Counted from the first letter of the stretch, positions 38,343 through 48,323 are shown. The stretch: 64,000 nucleotides of DNA from Myxococcota bacterium (GCA_039028615.1 JBCCHT010000029.1:99042-163041), one strand, 5' to 3'. A program made the numbers and translations. The notes: generated by a model not told the origin, from the sequence alone.

Positions 38343-38756
38343 TCAAGCGCTGTCGTCCACCGTACAGATCAATCGTGCATCGAGCAGCGCCGCCGTGCGG
38401 TGAATCGACTCGGCCTGATAGTCCGGCGCCATCACCATCCCGAAGAACGCGGCAATGCTCGGGTAGCGCACCAGCAGCACCTCGTCCCAGCGCTCGCCCG
38501 GTAGCGCCACCGGGAATGCGACGGCGCGCCCGCGGAACACGACCTCACCGCCCGCGGCCTTCACCGCTGGCAAGGCATGCGCACCGTAGCGAGCGTAAGC
38601 CTGGGCCCCGGAGCACGGCGCGTGCTCGCTGCCGCTCGGGTACTGGGCCTGCTCGCGGAAGCGCAGCAGGTTGAGCATCACGATCGGCGTGTCCGCCGGA
38701 GTGTCTTCTTTCAGGGCGCGGAAGCTGTCTGCGGTCGGATCGTTGATGTGCTGCAC
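38343..38756 (-). CDS. DUF1330-type protein
   Basis: PIVMLNLLRFREQA, AYARYG, WDEVLLVRYPS, YQ...HRTAAL. Confidence 0.85.
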   Translation of the reverse strand: MQHINDPTADSFRALKEDTPADTPIVMLNLLRFREQAQYPSGSEHAPCSGAQAYARYGAHALPAVKAAGGEVVFRGRAVAFPVALPGERWDEVLLVRYPSIAAFFGMVMAPDYQAESIHRTAALLDARLICTVDDSA

Positions 38757-38799
38757 GGGACGAACCTAGCGCTGCGCCAGGTCACGGAACACCGCCCTT

Positions 38800-38829
38800 G
38801 ATTAAATAAGTCACGTGACTTATTTAATC
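38800..38829. promoter_or_regulatory. Perfect 30-bp palindrome, probable TetR operator
   Basis: GATTAAATAAGTCAC|GTGACTTATTTAATC; AT-rich; ends 10 bp before the TetR ATG in a divergent intergenic region. Confidence 0.8.
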
Positions 38830-38839
38830 CGACGAAGCG

Positions 38840-39484
38840 ATGGCGCGACGACGAGGACGACCCAAGCGCACGGACGGGCCCGTGGTCACCCGCGGCGAGC
38901 TGCTGCAGGCGGCCGCGATCGCGATCGGGCGCGACGGCTTCGAGGGCGCGTCGATGCGAGGCATCGCCAACGCGGCGGGCGTCAGCCTGTCCACGCTCCA
39001 AAACCACTTCGAGACCAAGGATGCGCTGTGGACGGCGGTCATCGACGAGCTGCTCGTGCCCGCGATGGAGGCCGAGCGACAGCCGAACCCGGGCGCCAGC
39101 CGGAGCCGGTCGCTCATCGCCGACGTCATCGCCAGCCGACTCGACGCCGCGGTCTCTCGCCCGGGCCTGTCCGGTCGCTTGCTCACCGACGCTTCGGAGG
39201 CGGGTGAGCAGCGCCTGGCCTACCTGGCGGAGGCGACCGAGTCGATCCGACGAGACAACCGCGACACGCTGGCCGCCCTGCGCGACGAGGGCCTGATCCG
39301 CCCCGTCGACGTGGATGCGCTGCTGCTGCTCCTCGATGTCGCGCTCGCCAGCCTTTCTTCCTCGACCAAGGCGGTGCAAACGCTGGTGGGTCCCGATCTC
39401 GACGACCCCTACGACCGAGCCCGCATCGCCACCGCGCTCACCGACATCCTCCTGCACGGGGTGCTCCCGCGCAGTCCCAAGTGA
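38840..39484 (+). CDS. TetR/AcrR family transcriptional regulator
   Basis: LLQAA...GFEGASMRGIANAAGVSLSTLQNHFETKDALW. Confidence 0.93.
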   Translation: MARRRGRPKRTDGPVVTRGELLQAAAIAIGRDGFEGASMRGIANAAGVSLSTLQNHFETKDALWTAVIDELLVPAMEAERQPNPGASRSRSLIADVIASRLDAAVSRPGLSGRLLTDASEAGEQRLAYLAEATESIRRDNRDTLAALRDEGLIRPVDVDALLLLLDVALASLSSSTKAVQTLVGPDLDDPYDRARIATALTDILLHGVLPRSPK

Positions 39485-39514
39485 TCGAACCCGTCGCCCG
39501 ACGCCGAGTCCACC

Positions 39515-40642
39515 ATGAGCCCACGCCTACTCGCCCTCCCCTGCCTCTTCGTCCTGCTTCCCGCCTGCAACGGCGGGTCTTCCGAAGGCGACACGACGCC
39601 GGCCGATGCGAGCACGGGCGTGGTCTCCGAAGCGTCCACGGGCGCCGATGCGAGCACGGGCGCTGCCTCCCCGGTGTCCACGGGCGCCGACGACACGACC
39701 GCGGTCGACGACACCAGCACGGGTAGTGAACCGGACGAGGCTCCCGAGGTCCAGCGCGATCCCACCTACGAGGTCGAAGTCACCACCCATACCTATGGCC
39801 AGGGCCTGAGCCACGACGGCTGGGGCGGTGAGGTGACGGACACCATCGACCTCATCCTGGATGTCTACGAGCCCACCGATGCGCCTCCCGGCCGCCCCGC
39901 GGTCGTCGTCATCCACGGCGGGGGGTTCACCGGAGGCACGCGCACGAACCCCAATAGTGAGGGTTTCGCCCGTTACTTCGCCGAGCGGGGCTTCGTCAGC
40001 ATCAACATCGACTACCGCGTCGCCCCCGACTTCGGCACCGTCCCGCAGGACTGGGCGGACTTCGTGACGGGTGCGGTTCCCGAGGCCAGTCAGACGCAGG
40101 CCTTCGCCCTCTACCCCGCCGCGCGCGATGCCAAGGCCGCCGTCCGCTGGCTGAATGCCCAAGCCGACACCTACCAGGTCGACACGGACTACGTGACCTC
40201 GATCGGCGGCTCGGCGGGCTCGTATCTCGCCATCATGCTGGGGGTCACCGACCCGGCCGACTTCCGCGACGAACTGGGGCTCGCCGAAGACGAGTCCCTC
40301 GAGACGACCAACCTCGACGCGGACGCGGCGGTCCACACCATCATCGACCACTGGGGCGGCATCAGCCACATGGAGATCCTCGAGCTGCTCGACGGCATGT
40401 CGCGCTTCGACGAGACGGACGCCCCGGTGAACATCGTGCACGGCACCACCGACCCGACCGTGCTCTTCGAAGAGGCCGAGAAGCTCCGCGACGCGTACAT
40501 CGAGACCGGTGTGCCCCATGCCTTCCACCCCCTCGAGGGCCAAGGGCACGGGGTCTGGGGCGCCATCATCGACGGCATGACGCTCGAGGAACTCGCGTTC
40601 GCGTTCGTGCTCGAGCAGCAGGCCCTGCAGGTCGCGGAGTAG
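39515..40642 (+). CDS. Lipoprotein carboxylesterase (alpha/beta hydrolase)
   Basis: Lipobox LLPA-C; STG-repeat linker; IHGGGF; GGSAG; HGTTD; GQGH. Confidence 0.88.
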   Translation: MSPRLLALPCLFVLLPACNGGSSEGDTTPADASTGVVSEASTGADASTGAASPVSTGADDTTAVDDTSTGSEPDEAPEVQRDPTYEVEVTTHTYGQGLSHDGWGGEVTDTIDLILDVYEPTDAPPGRPAVVVIHGGGFTGGTRTNPNSEGFARYFAERGFVSINIDYRVAPDFGTVPQDWADFVTGAVPEASQTQAFALYPAARDAKAAVRWLNAQADTYQVDTDYVTSIGGSAGSYLAIMLGVTDPADFRDELGLAEDESLETTNLDADAAVHTIIDHWGGISHMEILELLDGMSRFDETDAPVNIVHGTTDPTVLFEEAEKLRDAYIETGVPHAFHPLEGQGHGVWGAIIDGMTLEELAFAFVLEQQALQVAE

Positions 40643-40649
40643 GCTGCGT

Positions 40650-41504
40650 TCAGCCCAACCGCTGCAGCAAGGTCGTCGCGGCCAGCTGCCCGAGTTTGTT
40701 CGCCGCGAGCGGGCTGGCCCCGGTGATCAGGTTGCGGTCGATGCAGCAAGTGTCGTCCGCCTTGGTGTTCACGATGTTCGCCCCGAGCGAAGTGAGTTTC
40801 TCGCCGAGGCGCCAGGGCATGGGGCCGGGCAGGTAGCCGATCTTCGGCGTCATCTTGTCGACCGAGTCGGGGAACACAGCCATCTCGTACCCACCGTAGA
40901 GAAACTCCCCGCCATCGAGTGTGGTGGCCAGGAACGACCCCGGGCCGTGGCACAGGCTGATGGTGAACAGGCCGTGCTCGTGGGCCCATCGCAAGATCGT
41001 CCCCACGTTGGAGTCCTGGGGGATGCCCAGCATCGCGCCGTGCCCCCCGGGCACGAACACTGCCGCGTAGGAATCGAGCTCGTCCTCGAAGCGACCGACC
41101 ACCTCCGCAAGGGGCGTGGGCTGCTCGAACCGGGCTCTCAGCTCCTCGTAGAGCCCGAGCACGGCTTCGTCTTTGCGGGGCATGGCCCACATCTCGAAGA
41201 CCACGGGCTTGCCGGTCGGCGTCGCGATCTCGAACTCGAACCCGGCATGTTTGAGATGCAGCATCGGCAGCAGCGCCTCCACGGGGTGGTTGCCCGTGGA
41301 AAACTGCTTGTCGTTGAGCATCTCCATGTTCTTTTGCTCGGTGAAGATCACCAAGACCTTGGACCGCTGGCCTCGATAGGCGGCGTAGGTCACGGGCTCG
41401 AAGTCCGAGACATCCGAGGTGGAGATCTTCAACGCGAGCTTCGACGGGCTAAACGAGCCGTCGGGCTCCTGCTTCGGCGCGATTCCCAAGAGTGATTTGA
41501 GCAT
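40650..41504 (-). CDS. hchA: Glyoxalase III / Hsp31 (DJ-1/PfpI family)
   Basis: FSTGNHPVE, VFVPGGHGAM, SLCHGP, LITGASPLAAN. Confidence 0.9.
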   Translation of the reverse strand: MLKSLLGIAPKQEPDGSFSPSKLALKISTSDVSDFEPVTYAAYRGQRSKVLVIFTEQKNMEMLNDKQFSTGNHPVEALLPMLHLKHAGFEFEIATPTGKPVVFEMWAMPRKDEAVLGLYEELRARFEQPTPLAEVVGRFEDELDSYAAVFVPGGHGAMLGIPQDSNVGTILRWAHEHGLFTISLCHGPGSFLATTLDGGEFLYGGYEMAVFPDSVDKMTPKIGYLPGPMPWRLGEKLTSLGANIVNTKADDTCCIDRNLITGASPLAANKLGQLAATTLLQRLG

Positions 41505-41549
41505 GGCGTGTTCCTCGTTGTGTTGTGGTTACGGCTCGAGTGCGGCGGG

Positions 41550-42485
41550 CTAGCTCTTCACGACCTCGAGTACGATCTTGCCGCGGGCCCGCCCGGTCTG
41601 GCTCTTGTCGTGCGCGGCGCGGGTCTCGGACAGCGGGAAAATGCTGTCCACGAGCACGCGGATCCGGCCTTCATCGATGAGCGTGCCGATCCGTTCGAGG
41701 TGTTCGCGGCTGGGCTGCACCATGTAGTTGCCGCCCGTCGCCCCCACGGCCGCAAGCTCGCCCGGATCGGGGGTGCCGACGACGGAGAAGAGCCGGCCGC
41801 CGTCCTTCAGCAGGCCGATCGAGCGCTTCTGCGTCTCTCCCCCGATCGTGTCGAGCACCACGTCGACCGGGTCGAGTACGTCTTCGAATCGCTGGGATCG
41901 ATAGTCGACGAATTCATCGGCCCCGAGCTCGCGTACGAGCGAGGCATTGGCCGCAGACGCGGTGGCGATGACATGCGCCCCCGTCCACTTCGCGAACTGG
42001 ACGGCGAAGCTCCCCACGCCCCCTGCACCTGCGTGAATCAAGACGCGCTCCCCCGCGGCGAGCTGCGCGTGCTGAAACAAGCCTTGCCACGCGGTCAGCC
42101 CGGCCAAGGGCACCGCCGCCGCTTCGTTGTGCGACAGCCGACTCGGTTTCGTGGCGACCTCCGCCGCTCGCACCACCACGTACTCCGCATAGGCACCGTC
42201 CCGCATGATGTCGGGGCGGCTGTAGACCTCGTCACCGACGGCGATCCCGGAGACCTCGGCGCCCACCTGGTCGACGACGCCGGAGACATCCCAGCCGAGG
42301 GTCAGCGGCATCGCGTACGGCAACATCGACGCGAGGTAGCCCTCGCGGATCTTCCAATCGACGGGGTTGACCCCGGCCGCGTGGACCCGAACTCGAACAT
42401 CGTGGGGGCCGGGCTCCGGCTCGGGGGCGTCCTCGTACCGGAGCGTGTCCCCGCCGCCGTACTCGTGGATGCGAATCGCCTTCAT
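41550..42485 (-). CDS. NADP-dependent oxidoreductase (MDR/quinone reductase family)
   Basis: MKAIRIHEYGG, AAGVNPVDWK, LIHAGAGGVGSFAVQFAK, GRARGKIVL. Confidence 0.93.
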   Translation of the reverse strand: MKAIRIHEYGGGDTLRYEDAPEPEPGPHDVRVRVHAAGVNPVDWKIREGYLASMLPYAMPLTLGWDVSGVVDQVGAEVSGIAVGDEVYSRPDIMRDGAYAEYVVVRAAEVATKPSRLSHNEAAAVPLAGLTAWQGLFQHAQLAAGERVLIHAGAGGVGSFAVQFAKWTGAHVIATASAANASLVRELGADEFVDYRSQRFEDVLDPVDVVLDTIGGETQKRSIGLLKDGGRLFSVVGTPDPGELAAVGATGGNYMVQPSREHLERIGTLIDEGRIRVLVDSIFPLSETRAAHDKSQTGRARGKIVLEVVKS

Positions 42486-42540
42486 GGACAGCAGGATGCG
42501 CCCAATCGGCCTCGCGTTAAGGATCATCATTGGGTTACAG

Positions 42541-42558
42541 TGTCCTTTCAGCAGGACA
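42541..42558. promoter_or_regulatory. Inverted repeat abutting the LysR start, probable LysR binding site
   Basis: TGTCCT-N6-AGGACA immediately before ATG 42559, in a divergent intergenic region. Confidence 0.55.
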
Positions 42559-43479
42559 ATGGAGGACAGCTTCAACCGTCTCCGCGTGTTCGTGGAAGTG
42601 GTCAAACGCGGGGGTTTTGCCGCGGCGGCGCGGGGGCTGGGCATGCCTCGCTCCACGGTGAGCCGCTGGGTCCAAGAGCTCGAGCAGCAGCTCGGGGTTC
42701 GCCTGCTTCAGCGCACGACGCGAACGGTGAAGCTCACCGAGATCGGGGCGGGCTACTACGAGCGGGGCGCCAAGGCGGTCGAGGCGGCCCGGCAGGCCCG
42801 GGCGTGGGTGCAAAGCCAGTCCGAGCGCCCCCAAGGCACGCTGGTCATCACGACGTTTCAGCTCTTCGCCGAGACGATGTTGGGGCCGGTGTTGGTCGAC
42901 TACCTCGCGCAGAACCCTGGGATGTCGGCCCAGGTGCTCCTCGACGAACGCAACGTCGACCTCGTGGGCGAGCATGTGGACGTCGCGGTGCGCATCGGGC
43001 CGATGGCCGAGTCGTCACTGGTGGTACGGAAACTCGCCGAACTCGAGGTCTGCCTGGTGGCCACGCCCGAGTATCTGGCCCGCCACGGCACCCCCACGCA
43101 TCCGCAGGAGCTGCTCGACCACTCGACGCTGATCTACGGCCATACCCCGCGGGCGGTGAAGGTCCGCTTCGACGATGGCCACGAGCCGCAGGACATCACC
43201 CTGTCCAACCGCTGCGCGGCCAACAGCATCCAGTTGATCCGACAGGTCACCCTGGGAGGCCTGGGCATCGGCGCCCTGCCGACGCTGCTGACTCACGACG
43301 ACCTGGCGGAGGGCCGGCTAGTGAAGGTCCTACCCGCGTGGCGCAACGACGGGGAGCAGCCCATGTTCGTGGTCTACCCCAGCCGCAGTCACCTGCCCCG
43401 CAAGGTCCGAGCCTTCGTCGACCTGCTGTCGGCCACGGTCACCTCCGAGTCGGTCAACCGACCGCGCCCGCCCCACTAG
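42559..43479 (+). CDS. LysR family regulator (CrgA/DmlR-like)
   Basis: FAAAARGLGMPRSTVSR, LGVRLLQRTTR, VDVAVRIG, KVRAFVD. Confidence 0.95.
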   Translation: MEDSFNRLRVFVEVVKRGGFAAAARGLGMPRSTVSRWVQELEQQLGVRLLQRTTRTVKLTEIGAGYYERGAKAVEAARQARAWVQSQSERPQGTLVITTFQLFAETMLGPVLVDYLAQNPGMSAQVLLDERNVDLVGEHVDVAVRIGPMAESSLVVRKLAELEVCLVATPEYLARHGTPTHPQELLDHSTLIYGHTPRAVKVRFDDGHEPQDITLSNRCAANSIQLIRQVTLGGLGIGALPTLLTHDDLAEGRLVKVLPAWRNDGEQPMFVVYPSRSHLPRKVRAFVDLLSATVTSESVNRPRPPH

Positions 43480-43503
43480 CGGGCAGCGTGGTGCGGCGCC
43501 GAG

Positions 43504-44007
43504 CTACTTTTTCTTGGAGGGCGGGGGCGGAGGCGGAGCCGAGATGGCGCGGCCGGCCTCTTTCTCCGCGGCCGTCGCTCCGCGCACGGAGAGAATCTTG
43601 ACGCTCATGCTGATCGTCTGCCCGGCCAGCGGATGCATCATCCGCACGGTGACCTTCTCGTCGTCGGAGTCGACGACCTCGAGCAGGATCTTCTGACCGC
43701 CCGCTCCGGTGCCTGCCTCGAAGCGCAGGCCCTTTTCCAGCGTGGCCTCCTTGGGAAACTCGGTTCGGGCAATCTCGCGGGTAGGGCCATCCTCGGGGCG
43801 CCCAAAGGCTTCCTCGGGAGCGAGCTCGAAGCTCTTCTCCTCGTCCTTTTCCATCCCGTCGACGTTCTTGTCGAGCCCGGGAATCATGGCGCCCGTACCC
43901 ACCAAGAACGAGACGGGACCGCTGAGATCCGACGACTCGATGATTTCCCCCTTCGAGTCACAGATGTCGTAGGTAATCGTAACGACGGTACCGGCCTCGA
44001 CCTTCAT
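43504..44007 (-). CDS. slyD: FKBP-type peptidyl-prolyl isomerase, SlyD-like (no His-rich tail)
   Basis: MKVEAGTVVTITY, MIPGL, PEEAFG, HPLAGQT; RBS GGAGG on the minus strand not seen, start chosen by homology pattern. Confidence 0.8.
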   Translation of the reverse strand: MKVEAGTVVTITYDICDSKGEIIESSDLSGPVSFLVGTGAMIPGLDKNVDGMEKDEEKSFELAPEEAFGRPEDGPTREIARTEFPKEATLEKGLRFEAGTGAGGQKILLEVVDSDDEKVTVRMMHPLAGQTISMSVKILSVRGATAAEKEAGRAISAPPPPPPSKKK

Positions 44008-44069
44008 CGGGAGGCATCCTAACAGCGTGTGGCGTGCCGTGGTACCGCGGGAGAGGCGCGAGAGATCGC

Positions 44070-45716
44070 CTACTCGGTGACCACCACGGGGCTCCCGGCG
44101 GGGGTGCCCTTGGTGGGCGAAGCCGCGTGCCAATCGGGAGGCAGGTGCGGCTCGGTGAAGCCGAACAGCCAACGCGCGTCGGAGGGCGAGAGATTGACAC
44201 AGCCGTGGCTGCGCACCTGCCCGAAGCCCGCGTGCCAAAACGCCCCGTGGAGCGCGACCGAGCCGGAGAAGTACTGCGTCCACGGCACATCGTCGATGCT
44301 GTAGGCCTCGTCCGCCTCGGGTTGATCGCGCATGGACGACGCCACCAGCTTGGTCTGCACCCGATGCACACCCACCGGGGTCATGCCCGCTTCCTTGCCC
44401 GTGGAGACCAAGGTGGCAAAGACGGGCACATCGCCCTCGTAGGCCACCAGGGTCTGCTCGGAGAGATCGACGTGGATCCAGTGCTCGTCCGCTTTGACGC
44501 CGGGCGGCCGCTTGAGCTTGTAGGCCTTGCCCACCGCGTAGCCGCGCATCAGCAGGCCCTCGTCGTCGACGTAGTAGACCTTGGGGCCCACGTGGATCTG
44601 GTCGACGAAGGGGTGCGTGGTGAGGCGGGCGGGCGTGGTCTCGGAGGGCAGCAGCACGTCGCTGCCTTCGGCCTCACGCTTCATCAGCGGGAGCTCGCGC
44701 CGAATGAAGTACAGCGGGAGGTCCTCTTTCCCGGCGAGCACGTGGCCGCGGAACTTGGGGCTCTCTTTTTGGCGGAGCTGGTATTTCCGGGCGTAGGCGC
44801 CGCGCAGGGTCCGAATGAAGCGTCGCTCCTTGCGAACCTCTTCGCCGCCCTTGGTCACGTAGTACCCGGAGTTCATGTACTGCTTGACCACCGAGGGCAC
44901 CTCGCCGGGACGCGTGGAGGTGTTGGTGGGCATGGGCGTGCGCTGGTGCTTGGCGTACCAGGCCTGCCCCGCGCCATCGGCTTGGTCCTGCTCGTTGAAG
45001 GTCGGCAGCCGGTGGAAGAACGGGGTCATCTCGTCCTTCACGCGCCAGTACTCGTAGGGCAGCGCTTGGTCGAGCTTGGGCTTGACCGAGGCGGTGACCA
45101 GGCTGCCCGCGGGCGGCGACTCGTCGACGCGCAGGCCGGCGCGACGGCAGATCCACCCGCGCGGGAAGACCTTGTTCCAGCCCGGCTCGCAGTGGCCACC
45201 AAAGGTGCGCTCGCCGTCGGTACGCACCCGGGTGCCCGCGTGCAGGACCCCGATGATCTCGGACTCGATCTCGGGACGCTCGCGCACCACCACCGCGAGG
45301 CTGGTGACCAAGCCGTGGTGCGTGTAGGTCGACTCCGCGTCCCCGTCGAACTCGCGCGGCTCTTCGTCGAAGATCGGCGGGTAGGACAGATAGTGCCCCT
45401 CCTCGTCGGGCTGCATGTACGGGGGTCGATCCTCGATGACGATCTCGTCGCCGTCGTCCTCGCCCGCGGGCTCCCCCTCGGCCCCGCCCTCGCCGTCGGC
45501 TGCCGCGTCGCCACCCGCGTAGGGGCTCGCCGCCGCGCCGTCGCCTCCTGGGCCGGCTGCGCCCGAGCGCCCCGCGGCCTCGGGATCGGCCGAACTCACG
45601 ACGGCGGCCGGGCTGCCCTCGGGTCCCGTGGGACGGCTCAGCTCGTAGCCCATGGCGACGACCCCGCCTCCAAGCAGGAATGAACCGATCATCTCGACGA
45701 TGCGACCGCTGTCCAT
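44070..45716 (-). CDS. L,D-transpeptidase family protein
   Basis: WIHVDLSEQTLVAYEG, VSTGK, ALHGAFWH...SHGCVNLS; N-terminal TM and an SH3-like region. Confidence 0.92.
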   Translation of the reverse strand: MDSGRIVEMIGSFLLGGGVVAMGYELSRPTGPEGSPAAVVSSADPEAAGRSGAAGPGGDGAAASPYAGGDAAADGEGGAEGEPAGEDDGDEIVIEDRPPYMQPDEEGHYLSYPPIFDEEPREFDGDAESTYTHHGLVTSLAVVVRERPEIESEIIGVLHAGTRVRTDGERTFGGHCEPGWNKVFPRGWICRRAGLRVDESPPAGSLVTASVKPKLDQALPYEYWRVKDEMTPFFHRLPTFNEQDQADGAGQAWYAKHQRTPMPTNTSTRPGEVPSVVKQYMNSGYYVTKGGEEVRKERRFIRTLRGAYARKYQLRQKESPKFRGHVLAGKEDLPLYFIRRELPLMKREAEGSDVLLPSETTPARLTTHPFVDQIHVGPKVYYVDDEGLLMRGYAVGKAYKLKRPPGVKADEHWIHVDLSEQTLVAYEGDVPVFATLVSTGKEAGMTPVGVHRVQTKLVASSMRDQPEADEAYSIDDVPWTQYFSGSVALHGAFWHAGFGQVRSHGCVNLSPSDARWLFGFTEPHLPPDWHAASPTKGTPAGSPVVVTE

Positions 45717-45817
45717 GCCTCGACGCTCCAGACGGCGGAACTTAGGGCAGCGGGCCTACAGGGGCAAGTGCGGCCCCGTAGCCGGGGTCGGCTTGCTCGC
45801 GAGGGGGGGCGTGGTCC

Positions 45818-46720
45818 ATGCTTGCCCCCGTGCAAGACCGCGGCAGCGCGCGCCGAACGAAGTCCAACGCCCGTAGCGTGTCCATGGGCGTCTCGACCGG
45901 AGCGGCCCTGATCCTCGCGACCGTCGCGGGCTCCGCGCAGGCTGCGATCGCTCCGGCGCCGGCCCCCGCGGCCGAAGCCCCGAGCGAGGCCGCGGCCACC
46001 CCGGCCCCGGCGAACGACGTCTCCGCCGACACGGAGGCGAGCCCGGCCGACGCGGGCGAGACGACGAGCGCACCGCCCGAGGAAGACTCCGCCGAGGCCG
46101 ACGCTCCATCGGACGACGCGACCGACGACGAGTCCGAAGAGACGGAAACGTCCGAGCCGGTCGAAGAGGCCGAGGCTCCCCGCCCGCCTCGCATCGACGG
46201 CGTGTACCTCGGCGGCATGGCCTTCGGCGGCATCGGCCTCATGCGCCTCAACGACATCCCCACCAGCGGGCCCTTCACCGCCTTCGGTGGCACCGCGACC
46301 ATCGGCCAGATGGTGTTCCCGTGGCTGGGCCTGGGCCTGACCGCAGGGGGAGCGGGCGGCGTACGCAGCGAGTCCGGTGCCCGCCAGACGCTCGGCCAAG
46401 GTCAGCTCGGCTTCGAGTTCAAGTTCGTGCCCCTGCCCAAGCGCATCCCGCTGAGCCTGCGCGCGTCGTTCGGTTTCGGCGGCGGTGCGGTGCGGCAAGA
46501 AGGCGTGGCCGCGCGCTCGGGCTTCGGCGGGCCGCAGTTCGGCGCCGCCGTGCGCTACGAGTTCTTCCCGTGGGCCAAGCGCTTCCGTCCCTTCAAGGGC
46601 GGCGGCTTCGGTCTGGGCCCCGAGCTCGGCTGGACCGGTTTCACCCCGGCCGCAGCGGGCCGCCCGATGTCGAACATCGTGTACCTCGCACTGTCGACGA
46701 CGTTCTACTTCGGCGACTGA
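45818..46720 (+). CDS. Putative small outer-membrane beta-barrel protein with acidic N-terminal linker
   Basis: Signal ...AGSAQA; Gly/aromatic alternating strands; C-terminal LSTTFYF; start may be 45884. Confidence 0.6.
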   Translation: MLAPVQDRGSARRTKSNARSVSMGVSTGAALILATVAGSAQAAIAPAPAPAAEAPSEAAATPAPANDVSADTEASPADAGETTSAPPEEDSAEADAPSDDATDDESEETETSEPVEEAEAPRPPRIDGVYLGGMAFGGIGLMRLNDIPTSGPFTAFGGTATIGQMVFPWLGLGLTAGGAGGVRSESGARQTLGQGQLGFEFKFVPLPKRIPLSLRASFGFGGGAVRQEGVAARSGFGGPQFGAAVRYEFFPWAKRFRPFKGGGFGLGPELGWTGFTPAAAGRPMSNIVYLALSTTFYFGD

Positions 46721-47622
46721 GCGCTCGCCTCGACGAGCATCTCGTAGGTCGTCGCCGTCCTCCATGCGGCCGAGCCTCGCGGCGGCTGCAGGTCGCTCGC
46801 CTCGATGCTGGCCCCCGGACGGAGCGGCAACGGACACGGGCACGGAAGGTCGCGAGGCTGCTGGCAGCCCGAGGCGTCGTCGGGCAGCGATCCGGCTCGC
46901 GCGATGATCACCTCGAGGGTCCAGCGGCCCGACCCCAGGCCCAGCGTCTCGCCGACGGCACCTCGCAGCTCGAGCACGCCGTTGTCCGACGCTCGCGTCA
47001 GCGACGGCCGGGCGAGGCACGACACGCCCTCGCCGCGCACGATTGCGGCCAGCTCCAGCGGCCCATCGACGGGCGCCTCGGGCTGAAACGACCAGTGAAT
47101 GCGGGAGTCGGGTCGATAGCGCGCGGGTCCGTCGTCGTGCGAGCCCTCGGCGCCGCGGATCTCGGCGACCGTGTCGTTGCGGACGGTCATGGAGAACGCG
47201 GGCAAGGGAGCGCCCGCCTCCGTCGGCACGCCGGGCTGCGGGCGCGCACGGATCCACAGCACGAGGGCGGCGGCGACCAACAGCGCCAACACGCCGCCAC
47301 CCCAGCGCAGGCGTGTTCGTCGGGAGTCGAGGTCGACGACGCCTGCGGGCGCCTCGACTTCGGCCGGGTCCTCGTCGTCCTCGTCGTCGGTGGTCTGCAG
47401 CGCGGCCTTGGCCCGGGTCGCCCACGCCTTGCGCTCTGCCCCGGTCAGGGGAGCGCTGGCCTGCGCCAGCGCGTCGAGGTCCTCGGGCTGCTCGCCGCGG
47501 GCTCGACCGCGCTCGGTCGCCTCCTGGCTCGTCGCGGTGCCCTCGAGGACCTCGTCCCACTCTTCGCCGGGTCGGCGTCGTCGCTCGACCTCGCCGAGCC
47601 TTCGCAGCAGTTCGTCGCTCAT
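46705..47622 (-). CDS. Putative single-pass anti-sigma factor
   Basis: Start MSDELLRRL, ATGA overlap with the sigma gene; VVDLDSRR before TM WGGGVLALLVAAALVLWI; EIRG; Cys-containing extracytoplasmic domain. Confidence 0.7.
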   Translation of the reverse strand: MSDELLRRLGEVERRRRPGEEWDEVLEGTATSQEATERGRARGEQPEDLDALAQASAPLTGAERKAWATRAKAALQTTDDEDDEDPAEVEAPAGVVDLDSRRTRLRWGGGVLALLVAAALVLWIRARPQPGVPTEAGAPLPAFSMTVRNDTVAEIRGAEGSHDDGPARYRPDSRIHWSFQPEAPVDGPLELAAIVRGEGVSCLARPSLTRASDNGVLELRGAVGETLGLGSGRWTLEVIIARAGSLPDDASGCQQPRDLPCPCPLPLRPGASIEASDLQPPRGSAAWRTATTYEMLVEASAQSPK

Positions 47623-48248
47623 CGTGCCTTGCTCCTGCCTTCGACCGGCTCGCGATCGATGTCCTCGGCCAGCGCCCGCACGACCTGGCGTAGCCGTACG
47701 TTCCACTGGTCGACCGCCGCCCGCGTCATCTCCATGGCCTGGCAGACCTCGGCCACCGGGCGCTGCTCGACGTACAGCAGCTCGAACAGCAGCTGGCTGC
47801 GTTCGTTGAACCGCGCCCGCAGCCGGGTCATCAGCCGCTCGAGCTGTTGCCGGGAGAGGATGCGGTCGAACACGTGCTCAGCCTCGACCGCCCGCTGCTC
47901 GACCGCCAGCGGCTTGCTGGCGGCGCCCCCTTCCCAAGGGTTGCCGCGGTAGCCCTCGAGCACCCGGGCCATGCGACGTCGCGCGAGCAGGCGGACGAAG
48001 CTGGACAGCGAGCGGCCGCGGTTCGGATCCCAGGCCCGGAGCCGGCGCCCGCGGTTGGACAGCAGCTGCACCAGCACGTCTTGCACGAAGTCGTCCACGT
48101 CCTGCCCCGCATCACGCCCGTAGATCGCGGCCCGACGGCGCAAGCCATACGTGACCTCGAGCCGAATGGGGGGCAGCACCCGCTCGATCAACGCCTCGAG
48201 GAGTTCGTCGTCCCCTTCGCAGGCGCGGCTGATCTCGACCGGGGTCAT
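47619..48248 (-). CDS. ECF sigma factor (start may be 48299 or 48314)
   Basis: DVDDFVQDV, WDPNRGRSLSSFVRLLARRR; region 4 LFELLYVEQRPVAEVCQAMEMTRAAVDQW. Confidence 0.85.
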   Translation of the reverse strand: MTPVEISRACEGDDELLEALIERVLPPIRLEVTYGLRRRAAIYGRDAGQDVDDFVQDVLVQLLSNRGRRLRAWDPNRGRSLSSFVRLLARRRMARVLEGYRGNPWEGGAASKPLAVEQRAVEAEHVFDRILSRQQLERLMTRLRARFNERSQLLFELLYVEQRPVAEVCQAMEMTRAAVDQWNVRLRQVVRALAEDIDREPVEGRSKAR

Positions 48249-48323
48249 GTCGAGGCTCGACGGTAACACCCCCAGCCGACTCTCATCGTGCACGAGCATG
48301 GGCAGACCAGACATGGGACGGAC

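Noticed and set aside
39602..39722. Short STG-encoding repeats in the esterase linker
   Set aside because: Ordinary low-complexity lipoprotein tether.
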